This document shows positions 1 to 8,062 of a stretch of 64,000 nt of DNA, in pieces; the first letter of the stretch is position 1; the number at the start of each line of letters is the position of its first letter. Location of the stretch: positions 5,527 through 69,526 of the IMG/VR virus record IMGVR_UViG_3300017971_000283; one strand, given 5' to 3'. The DNA comes from a virus. The notes under the pieces were generated by a model, which was not told where the DNA came from, ran no database searches, and worked only from the letters and a program-made list of their open reading frames with translations. A program made the translations under genes and the position numbers.

Positions 1-3000
1 ATTGATTAGCAAGAGCAGAAGCATATTCATCGGGTAATTTACCCATTCTATCTAGAGCTTGTTCATTAAAAGTATCATTGATATCATTAATTCCATTTTT
101 ATAGCTAGCTTCGATCATAGCATACCAATGCATATCATCAGTAATTTCTGTTTCTTTTAATCTGGAGGCAAACCCTTTATCTCTACTCCAAGATTGATCT
201 TCCATATAAGTTTGGACATCTTCTTGTTTTCCTAAGTCTCCAAATCGATAAAAATTTTCTTTATTTAATCCAAAAGCATCACCTATAAAAGAATTTTTTC
301 CAAGTATTGCTGATGTTCCTAAAAGTCCTGATGTAGAAAGTAGTTTTCCAAAACCACCTAATTCGTCTGATGCCCACTTAGAAAGTAATGCTCCACCTGG
401 ATCAGTCCATTCGGCAACAGCAGCACCTCCTGATTTCCATCTTCCCTCAACATCTCCACTTTTCATTGCTGCTGCAAATTGCTGACCTCCTGTCCTATAA
501 TTCTCACCAAATAATTTTTGACTCGCATAAACCATTGCAGGATCAGCAGAATAATCACCAGTACTTACATCTCCAACCTCTACCCATTTGCCGCCTGATA
601 CCATACCTCCCTCAGTTCTTTCAGTCATACCTCTACCGGCTTGCCAACCGACATTAACAAGACTCCCAACCCATCCCATTTGACCAAGACCTTCTGCAAC
701 TTTATCTAATTTTTTTTGAGTTTCCGTTTGTGCTGCTCCCTCAATTCTAAATCTATATGAAAAATGTTCTGCTATATCTGCAAAAGCACCTTTATTTGCA
801 ATGAGAAATTCTTTCATTTCTCCCATTGAAAGCCCATCTTTAAAAGCACCACCAAGTTTCCCGATTAATGACGTAAAGTTTTCTTTTAAATTTTCATCAA
901 GATCACTTAAAAAAGTGTCCATTAATAATTCAATAGTTGGCCCATATCTTTTTTGTCCCTCTAATCCTTCAATTCTCCATTCTCCCTTTTGTCTAACAGC
1001 TTGTTTTTCAGGGGAATCTCCTCGACCATATAAATTATTAAGTTCTTCTTCAAGTTGCCCCTTTAACCCTTCAACATAAGAGTCAATTTCGTTACCATCT
1101 AAAATTCCACCTCTAAAACTTTTTTTAGCTTTTTCAAGTTCTTCTTTATCTTTTTTTGCCCTTTCCTCATCTTCAAAAAGAATCATTTGCGCTCTTTTTG
1201 AAGCTTCTTCTTTTCCTCCCATTAATGGATCTTCTTTTACTCCCTTTTCATATTTTTTCATTAATTTTTCTTGTTCTTTTAAAGCCTTTTCCCTTGCCCT
1301 TACTTCATGATCAAGTTGCTTATCAACTATTGTCATATGTTTGTCATAATATAAATCCCAAAGGGCATCCCAGTCTTGGGCATATTGTTCTTGATCAGTA
1401 AACCATCTGTCAAGATTATCCAATTCCTTTTCATATTTATTCATACCCATTTGAGCTATTTCAATATTTAATTTATCATTTATTTCTTTTTTCTTTTTAT
1501 TTTCCTTTTCAGCAATTTTAATTAATTCTTTTGAAAGTTTTTCTTCTCTTATTTTTTTTTCTTTTACTGCTTTTTCTTCTATTTCTTTTTGTTTTTTTAT
1601 AGATTCCGATAATAACTTATCAGATTTTTCTTTTGCCTTTGCTCTAGCTTCTTCAAGTGTCATTACTTTTTTTACAGAGTCACCCTTTTTAAACATTGCT
1701 TCTGCTTCTTTCATACTTGATTCATAAGTTCTTTTATTCAAATCAAGCTCTTTTCTTTTTTGCTCATCAAGTTTTTTTAAGTTTTCTAAATATTGTTTTG
1801 TTGCATTTTCATTTATTCCCATTCTTTCTTTTTCAGCTTTTATTGTTGCTTCAGCTTTTTGTTTGATTTCTTCTTTTGTTCTTTTTGATTCCTCTCTTAA
1901 TTTTCTTGTGACATCGAGGAAACTTTCACTGCCTCCAATGGCGTCTTTCATCGCCCCTGAAAAACCCTTTAAACTTTTAGCTAAATCATCTTGTCCAATA
2001 AAACTTAATGCTTTGGCAAGTGTATTTACAAAAGTTGCCATATTTTCCAATATAGTATCGAAAAAACCAAGAAAAACGGATTTCATTCCTTCAACTGTTA
2101 CAGCACCTATATATTTGATCGATTCCCAAAAAGAAGCAAATGAGGCAGATGCACCATGAGTTTTTTCAATAATATATTCAGCAAAACCTTCCATCCCATA
2201 ATTAATTGTTTCAAAAGCCTTTTTCCCGGAATATTCAACTTCAATCCATGCTTTGGAAAAAGAATTAATTATTTCAATCATTGTTGCTCTTACACCTTCA
2301 ACATTTTCATCTAGCCATCTTCCTAATTGAAATCCGGCTACTGCTGCCATTAAAACACCAAGGGCAACCTGGATCATTGTGATTGATCCAGCGGCAACTT
2401 GAGCCCTTACACTATTTGTAGCCAGTACTTTATTAAAAGAGCTAAAAAGACCTGTTCCGGTAGCTACAGAAACATTATTAGCTTGAATAGCCGTATTATA
2501 TAACCATGTTGCTGCTGTTGTTGCTGCTGTAATAGTTTTTAATGTCGTCATTATTGCTATATAGGCCAAAACTCCTTGGCCTAATTTAACAAAAAAATCT
2601 GCAAGTTTTAAAATATTATCAGCATGATCTTTAATAAAACTTGCAGTATCTTTTAATGCCCCATAGATTGAGGCCTTATACTCATCAAAAACATTGATTG
2701 CTTGGTCTTGTAAAACTGAACTCAATTCTTTAAAAGCACCAGAAACAGTTGAAGACATTATACCGGCAAGCTCTTCAGTTTCACCACCAACATTATTAAG
2801 TTTTTCTTTTAAATCATCATATGTAGACAAGCTGTCTTTAATAATTAAAGCACTTGAAACCTGTTCTCTTCCAAATGCTTTTTCCATTTCTGTTGCTGTC
2901 CATCCAGCTTCAGATGCTTTTTCAAAAACTAATCTTAACTTATCTTGAGATGAATTAAGCTCATCAGTTGAAATACCAAGCATACCGGCAGCTTTCCCGG

Positions 3001-3958
3001 TACTTAGCATAATACCTTTCAACATATTACCTGCTTGACTGGCTTTGATACCACCATTGGCCATAGTGCCTAAGTATGCTGAAAGTGATTCAACTTCAAT
3101 ACCCATACCCTTTGCTACTGGTGCAGCATATTTAAAGGCTTCACCAAGCATATTGATATCTGTATTTGCTCTTGTACTCGTACTAACTAAAATATCAGTA
3201 AATCTTGAAAGGTCATTTACACCCAATCCCATTGCTGTCATAGAATCGGTTACAATATCAGAAGCCCTACCAAGTTCAAGTTCACCGGCAGTTGCAAGAT
3301 TTAAAATTTTAGGTAATGATGCTATTGAAGTTGCACTATCCCAACCGGCCAAAGCCATATATTTCAACGCTGTTCCTGCTTCTGTAGCACTAAATTTCGT
3401 CGTACTTCCTGCCTCTCTTGCTGCTTTTTGTAAGTCTTTAAATGCCTGCCCACCACCTTCAACACTCATATTGATATCAGACATAATACCGCCAACAGTA
3501 GTCATAGTCTGCTGGAAGGCTGAACCAATACTTAAAATTTCTTTGACCATATATTGTGCTGAAAATCCAGCAGCAAACCCCATCACCATACTTTTAAAAG
3601 AGGCTTTTATTTTATCAAATGATTTGCTTGTAGATGTGGCTTGGCTTTTAATTTTTTCAAAAGAAGAAGTAATGGTTTTTGTACCTCTTTCAATATTTGC
3701 AGTATCTAATTGAGGTCTTTTAATTTTTTCAAGTGAGGTTTGAGTTTTTATAGCACTTTTTTTAATTTGATCAAAAGAAGAAGTAACAATTTTCGTATTG
3801 GATTGAACTTTTGCAGTGTCTACTGAAGGGTCAATTTTATCAAAAGTTTTTTGCGTAGAATCAGCATCTTTCTGAATTTTACTTAAAGATTCAGAAATTA
3901 CTTTTTGACCTTTTACAAAATCAGAAGTATCTAGACTTACTTTAATTGGAGAGGGCAT
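1..3958 (-). CDS. Tail tape measure protein (TP901-type); 3' end lies outside the window
   Basis: ATG at 3956-3958 after AAGGA. Manual translation gives MPSPIKVSLDT...AAREAGSTTKFSATEAGTALKYMALAGW...ILNLATAGELELGRASDIVTD...MLGEAFKYAAPVAK, the TP901 TMP core. The frame is still open at the left edge, which explains its absence from the ORF track. Confidence 0.93.
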   Translation of the reverse strand, partial: MPSPIKVSLDTSDFVKGQKVISESLSKIQKDADSTQKTFDKIDPSVDTAKVQSNTKIVTSSFDQIKKSAIKTQTSLEKIKRPQLDTANIERGTKTITSSFEKIKSQATSTSKSFDKIKASFKSMVMGFAAGFSAQYMVKEILSIGSAFQQTMTTVGGIMSDINMSVEGGGQAFKDLQKAAREAGSTTKFSATEAGTALKYMALAGWDSATSIASLPKILNLATAGELELGRASDIVTDSMTAMGLGVNDLSRFTDILVSTSTRANTDINMLGEAFKYAAPVAKGMGIEVESLSAYLGTMANGGIKASQAGNMLKGIMLSTGKAAGMLGISTDELNSSQDKLRLVFEKASEAGWTATEMEKAFGREQVSSALIIKDSLSTYDDLKEKLNNVGGETEELAGIMSSTVSGAFKELSSVLQDQAINVFDEYKASIYGALKDTASFIKDHADNILKLADFFVKLGQGVLAYIAIMTTLKTITAATTAATWLYNTAIQANNVSVATGTGLFSSFNKVLATNSVRAQVAAGSITMIQVALGVLMAAVAGFQLGRWLDENVEGVRATMIEIINSFSKAWIEVEYSGKKAFETINYGMEGFAEYIIEKTHGASASFASFWESIKYIGAVTVEGMKSVFLGFFDTILENMATFVNTLAKALSFIGQDDLAKSLKGFSGAMKDAIGGSESFLDVTRKLREESKRTKEEIKQKAEATIKAEKERMGINENATKQYLENLKKLDEQKRKELDLNKRTYESSMKEAEAMFKKGDSVKKVMTLEEARAKAKEKSDKLLSESIKKQKEIEEKAVKEKKIREEKLSKELIKIAEKENKKKKEINDKLNIEIAQMGMNKYEKELDNLDRWFTDQEQYAQDWDALWDLYYDKHMTIVDKQLDHEVRAREKALKEQEKLMKKYEKGVKEDPLMGGKEEASKRAQMILFEDEERAKKDKEELEKAKKSFRGGILDGNEIDSYVEGLKGQLEEELNNLYGRGDSPEKQAVRQKGEWRIEGLEGQKRYGPTIELLMDTFLSDLDENLKENFTSLIGKLGGAFKDGLSMGEMKEFLIANKGAFADIAEHFSYRFRIEGAAQTETQKKLDKVAEGLGQMGWVGSLVNVGWQAGRGMTERTEGGMVSGGKWVEVGDVSTGDYSADPAMVYASQKLFGENYRTGGQQFAAAMKSGDVEGRWKSGGAAVAEWTDPGGALLSKWASDELGGFGKLLSTSGLLGTSAILGKNSFIGDAFGLNKENFYRFGDLGKQEDVQTYMEDQSWSRDKGFASRLKETEITDDMHWYAMIEASYKNGINDINDTFNEQALDRMGKLPDEYASALANQ

Positions 3959-4004
3959 ATCCGATCCTTATCGAATGAATATGACCCTCTCATTTTGGGG
4001 TTCA

Positions 4005-4370
4005 TTAAGTAGTTTTACTTGCTTGCCATTCCATGTGAACATTATCTAATGCTTTCACGAAACGACGAATTTTTTGTCTTTCTTCAAAATCCATTATTTG
4101 GTTCTCATCCAAATATCCGGTGATAGTTTGATAATCAATAGTTGAGGCTGAAAAGCCATCGCCGGTTTTATATAGACATAGTTCGCAATATATTTTGTAA
4201 ATATGTTGTACTCTTTCAAAATCTTGTTTAAGAGGTAATCTATCAACTTTCTTTTTACAGAGTCCATGTCCTTCATTTGCTTTTTTGATCCATTCTTGTA
4301 AGCCGCCAAAAGTATCTTCACCGGTTTTTTTATTTTTAATTTCTAAAATTACTCTGTAATAATCAGTGAG
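4005..4370 (-). CDS. Tail assembly chaperone extension (gpT-like), in frame with the upstream chaperone across a TGA
   Basis: 121 open codons LTDYYRVILE...STIDYQTITGYLDENQIMDFEERQKIRRFVKALDNVHMEWQASKTT*. It has no Met near its start and lies directly before the TMP gene. Confidence 0.75.
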   Translation of the reverse strand, partial: LTDYYRVILEIKNKKTGEDTFGGLQEWIKKANEGHGLCKKKVDRLPLKQDFERVQHIYKIYCELCLYKTGDGFSASTIDYQTITGYLDENQIMDFEERQKIRRFVKALDNVHMEWQASKTT

Positions 4371-4868
4371 TCAAGATTCTTCAAAATTATCTTTCTGAAT
4401 TTGAAAAATTTCTCTTTCAAGACTCATACTCAAAACAAATTCTTTAAATGCTTCAAGTTCAGGATCAGAAAGCCATTCATAGGCAGTTTTTACAGAGTAA
4501 GGAACCCAAGCATCAGGATTAGTAATTGTTTTTTTTGTAAAACTTTCACTTTCATCTTCAATAAAAAGTCGATTATAAATTTCCTCATGATTATCGGATG
4601 GCATATTTTCCCAATTCAAAATAATATGGGTTGCCGTTGCTTTATTTATATTTTCATTTACTACACTGTCAGGAATACTTTGTCCGAACCTAAGAGTTTT
4701 TAGATAAGGTTTGTTTAATTTTTTTACATAATCCTCATAATTTTTATTCCCATGCTTTGCAATTAGCACCTTGCTTCCATATTCTTCCATACCTGGAACC
4801 GGAACCCAAACGCCTTTTTCTGCCATTTTAAGATCATGACCCATTACTTTTTTGAGAGGATTTGCCAT
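4371..4868 (-). CDS. Tail assembly chaperone (gpG-like)
   Basis: Lies between the tail tube and TMP genes. True start MANPLKK follows AAGGAG. Contains GVWV, ILNWEN and PYS motifs typical of this chaperone class. Confidence 0.8.
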   Translation of the reverse strand: MANPLKKVMGHDLKMAEKGVWVPVPGMEEYGSKVLIAKHGNKNYEDYVKKLNKPYLKTLRFGQSIPDSVVNENINKATATHIILNWENMPSDNHEEIYNRLFIEDESESFTKKTITNPDAWVPYSVKTAYEWLSDPELEAFKEFVLSMSLEREIFQIQKDNFEES

Positions 4869-4941
4869 TGTTAATCTCCTTATTTTTTCTTTTTGATTTA
4901 GATTTAATAAAAATAATACTGTTAATAAAAAAAATATTTTA

Positions 4942-4996
4942 AAAAATGGACAGTGATAGTTAATTAAAAAAATATCTTCTATCACTGTCTATTTTT
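4942..4996 (-). terminator. Stem-loop after tail tube gene
   Basis: AAAATGGACAGTGATAG...CTATCACTGTCTATTTT inverted repeat followed by a U-run on the minus strand. Confidence 0.6.
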
Positions 4997-5000
4997 CCCT

Positions 5001-6383
5001 TTAATTACTTTTCTGAAACATAATCTGATAGTCATTTGTAGCTGAAACGCTTGCCTTCCAGGTCATGTTTTGCATAACATCAGCATTAACTCCTGTAGCT
5101 TGCCCACCAGGATTTTGCTGAATTTTTAGTCTTGGAATATATACTGCAATACTTTCGCCATCATTCCCAACAGACCTTACGGAAATTGAAAGTGCAGTAT
5201 TATTAATAAATTTTTCATAATATGTTTGACCATCAAAAAACATATTGAGATTACCAGTAATAGCAGAAAAACCAAACCCTACACCGGCATTACCTAACAC
5301 TCCAATACCAGACTGTCCTCTTGCATTATTGTTTAAAGTAAAGTTAAACTCTGAAATCAGAGTAGTGCCAAAAACAACTGGCGTATTGTCAATACTTAAA
5401 CTTGCAACATCTGATGTTGCATTCAAGGATTCATTAGTAGGCGCAGCAACAAGAGTACTATGAAAGGCTGAAGTATCAACATCAGTCGATACAAGATCAG
5501 CACCAATAAACTCCATACTCCCAGTAATAATAGCTTTACTTGTAAAAGTAAGAGTCATTTGACTTGGAGTCATTCCTCTAAAAAGAGTATATGCCCCAAC
5601 ATCATTATTAATTCGCTCAATACTAAAACTCTTTTTTGTTACTCCATCTTTCAAAAATGCAAATGGTACAAGATATCCGCTTGCAGCAACTTCATCGGTC
5701 AATGTTTCTTCTACTGTCAAATCAGTTGCCGTAACAGCAGATACAGTGACAACTTTATTATTAGTTGAAGTTGTGAATCCAACTAAAGTAATACACATTC
5801 CAACTTCAACTAGTGTTGTAAAATCATAAAGTGCTGCACTATTAATTTTCCCCGAAGCAATAGAAAGGTCACCCGGATCAATTACCCATCTTACATTTCC
5901 ATCAACAGTTTCAGTTGCAAGCGTATCATTCATTGTAAGTACAGTATCAGTCAATGAAAGAATTTCAAGAGAACCGGTATTTAGTGTTGAGCCTACAATT
6001 TGGACAAATTCACCGGCAGTAAATCTTTTTGTAAGATCAGTTACGCCAGCAATTTCAATTGTATCTGCTGTTACAGTACTTGTGACAGATCCCTGTGCTT
6101 TCCCATAAAAAGAATGAGCAAAAACACCTTCCAAAAGATCTTCATTCAAATTCTCAGTTGAAAGTTCAAAACTAACTGAACCTGATGGATTAGCTCCTAC
6201 AACAACCGCATCAAGACTTTTTCTATCACTCCTGATAGTATTTGAATCAGTTGTTTCAACGCCATGAGAAAGGCTTTCAGATGTAATACCGATTGATTTC
6301 ATTGTAGGTGTAGTTGGCAAAACACCAAAAGTAGTTTCTTTAATAACTGCAATATCAATTTGATTAGTTTCTGCAAAAGACAT
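5001..6383 (-). CDS. Major tail tube protein with internal accessory domains
   Basis: 460 aa. N-terminal ETTFG..P / SNTIRSDR / GSVSFEL and C-terminal FTLNNN / ITGNL.MFF / IPRLK motifs, strong AGGAGG SD, and position in the tail cluster. Confidence 0.8.
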   Translation of the reverse strand: MSFAETNQIDIAVIKETTFGVLPTTPTMKSIGITSESLSHGVETTDSNTIRSDRKSLDAVVVGANPSGSVSFELSTENLNEDLLEGVFAHSFYGKAQGSVTSTVTADTIEIAGVTDLTKRFTAGEFVQIVGSTLNTGSLEILSLTDTVLTMNDTLATETVDGNVRWVIDPGDLSIASGKINSAALYDFTTLVEVGMCITLVGFTTSTNNKVVTVSAVTATDLTVEETLTDEVAASGYLVPFAFLKDGVTKKSFSIERINNDVGAYTLFRGMTPSQMTLTFTSKAIITGSMEFIGADLVSTDVDTSAFHSTLVAAPTNESLNATSDVASLSIDNTPVVFGTTLISEFNFTLNNNARGQSGIGVLGNAGVGFGFSAITGNLNMFFDGQTYYEKFINNTALSISVRSVGNDGESIAVYIPRLKIQQNPGGQATGVNADVMQNMTWKASVSATNDYQIMFQKSN

Positions 6384-6385
6384 TT

Positions 6386-6550
6386 TTATTCCTCCTTAAT
6401 TCCAAAGATAATTAATTTTTTACACCTAGAACATTTTATTTGTAATTCAATAAGCGTAAAAACTTTTTGGATGTCGGAAGCTTTTTTTTTATACTTAAAA
6501 AGGAGCCTTCTGCAAAACTGACATCTAAAGTCTTTCAATTCATTGTCCAT
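6386..6550 (-). CDS. Mu Com-like zinc-finger protein (54 aa, below the ORF track cutoff)
   Basis: MDNELKDFRCQFCRRLLFKYKKKASDIQKVFTLIELQIKCSRCKKLIIFGIKEE matches the Com-family pattern RCxxCxxLL...IKCxRC. Confidence 0.7.
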   Translation of the reverse strand: MDNELKDFRCQFCRRLLFKYKKKASDIQKVFTLIELQIKCSRCKKLIIFGIKEE

Positions 6551-6583
6551 ATTATTACCTATTTTTTCTTTATTGTCAACTCA

Positions 6584-6994
6584 TTATGAAATATCATCAT
6601 AATAGAATTCAATTGTTATATTTTGTTGAATAAATCTTCCATTTTCACCAATATACCTTATATTTCTTTTTCTAAAAATTATTCCGTTTATATTTTTATT
6701 TCTAAAAATATTCTTTACTTTTGAAGTCAATTCTTGTAGCAATCTTTCACCGGTATCAATCAGAACATAAACAGAAATCATTAAAATACCATAAACCCTA
6801 TTTAGTGAAACATTACCCACATTCTCTTTATCTTCTTCTGAATATCTTACAACTGCCTTCAAAAATGGTTGATCTTGATCATCAACATTTGTAGGGATGT
6901 TCCCCCAAACAATTGGATAATCATTTGGATAAAGTAAAAGCCATTGTGTATTCAGATAAGTTTCAATTTCTTTATTTATTAAATTATAATTCAT
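6584..6994 (-). CDS. Tail terminator / tail completion protein
   Basis: 136 aa, located upstream of the tube gene, with a GILMISVY...GTG-like pattern. Confidence 0.65.
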   Translation of the reverse strand: MNYNLINKEIETYLNTQWLLLYPNDYPIVWGNIPTNVDDQDQPFLKAVVRYSEEDKENVGNVSLNRVYGILMISVYVLIDTGERLLQELTSKVKNIFRNKNINGIIFRKRNIRYIGENGRFIQQNITIEFYYDDIS

Positions 6995-7394
6995 TTAATG
7001 CCTCATTTAATTTATTTTCTAAAATCTGAATATTTGTTTCAACCATTCCAGTTGCAGCAATTTTAGGTGATCCATATTCAACAAAAACTAAGTATTCGAC
7101 ATTGTTTATATATGTAATGATACCACCTAATTTAAAGTTATCAAGTTTTTTTAAGTTTTTAATTGCTATTGCTATTGCTTCACTTTCTGATGATTCTTTT
7201 CCAATTCCTACTGGTTCAATATTTATACCTACATCCCATGAAGACTTTGAAAGACCAGTTTCAATTGGTGTTTCTTCTGCTATTTTACGAAAACCATCAA
7301 AAGCAATTTTTTTTGTAACTAATTCTATTTTTTGAAACTTCTCATCAACTTCTTTTTCTAAGTCATTAATAAAATTTTTAATTTCAATTTTCAT
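6984..7394 (-). CDS. HK97 gp10-like neck / tail-completion protein
   Basis: TPIETGLSKSSW and NNVEYLVFVEYGS motifs. Confidence 0.8.
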   Translation of the reverse strand: MKIEIKNFINDLEKEVDEKFQKIELVTKKIAFDGFRKIAEETPIETGLSKSSWDVGINIEPVGIGKESSESEAIAIAIKNLKKLDNFKLGGIITYINNVEYLVFVEYGSPKIAATGMVETNIQILENKLNEALNEL

Positions 7395-7405
7395 AATTAT
7401 TATTT

Positions 7406-7441
7406 TCCCATACTATAATTAAAAAAATTATAGTATGGGAT
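7406..7441 (-). terminator. Stem-loop
   Basis: TCCCATACTATAATT...AATTATAGTATGGGA inverted repeat between genes. Confidence 0.55.
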
Positions 7442-7447
7442 TCCATA

Positions 7448-7723
7448 TTATTTTTTTGCTTCCATTATTTGCTTAAGGATTTGACCTCTTGCAAGAATAT
7501 TCATACTACCTTCTTTTTCAAAAATCTCTTTAATTAAATTATAATCAGAAGTATCAACTTCAATTTTTTTATCTTTGTTTAACTTTTGAGCAATTTCAAG
7601 AATTTTAATAGCATTCCCATCAGGTCTTGCAACCATATAGTTTGCTGCTATAACTGCCATGTTTGAATCTTTAAGTATTTCACCGTTTAAATTTTTGATA
7701 TCATGATCTAAATCGATTTTCAT
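7448..7723 (-). CDS. Hypothetical virion-cluster protein (possible fibre-associated)
   Basis: 91 aa ORF with SD, in the operon after the fibre gene. Confidence 0.6.
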   Translation of the reverse strand: MKIDLDHDIKNLNGEILKDSNMAVIAANYMVARPDGNAIKILEIAQKLNKDKKIEVDTSDYNLIKEIFEKEGSMNILARGQILKQIMEAKK

Positions 7724-7758
7724 TATTCTTCCCCCTTTACTTTTTATTTCTTTATTTT

Positions 7759-8043
7759 CTAATCTTCTATTTCAAAAGTTAATTCTTCATATGTAACGGT
7801 TTCTTCTGCTGCTCTTTTTCTTACAGATTTTACTTTATTTGTAATTTCTCTTTGCAACATTCTATTAGCAAAATTTTTTTTTGATTCTGGATTTGGAATT
7901 TCTTCCCCTGTTTCTTGATTAATTATAGTTTCCTTATAATTATAATATGTAACATAATCATTGAGCATAACACTTTTTTTTGCATTGTCCCATGATAATG
8001 CGGGTTCCACTGAATTGATAAAGCCTATAATATCAACAGCCAT
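7759..8043 (-). CDS. Hypothetical virion-cluster protein (possible fibre chaperone)
   Basis: 94 aa, AGGAGGT SD, directly after the fibre gene. Confidence 0.6.
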   Translation of the reverse strand: MAVDIIGFINSVEPALSWDNAKKSVMLNDYVTYYNYKETIINQETGEEIPNPESKKNFANRMLQREITNKVKSVRKRAAEETVTYEELTFEIED

Positions 8044-8062
8044 TTTTTACCTCCTTTTTATT

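Noticed and set aside
388-3713. Plus-strand ORFs over the tape measure gene, and similar shadow ORFs throughout
   Set aside because: They are antisense to well-supported genes and lack SDs or recognisable motifs.
4094-4321. 75-aa ORF from the track as the second tail chaperone
   Set aside because: It is in a different frame from the gpT-like sequence, which lies in the chaperone's own frame (4005-4370).
4869-4985. N-terminal hydrophobic extension of the chaperone ORF
   Set aside because: It overlaps a terminator hairpin; the SD-supported start is at 4868.
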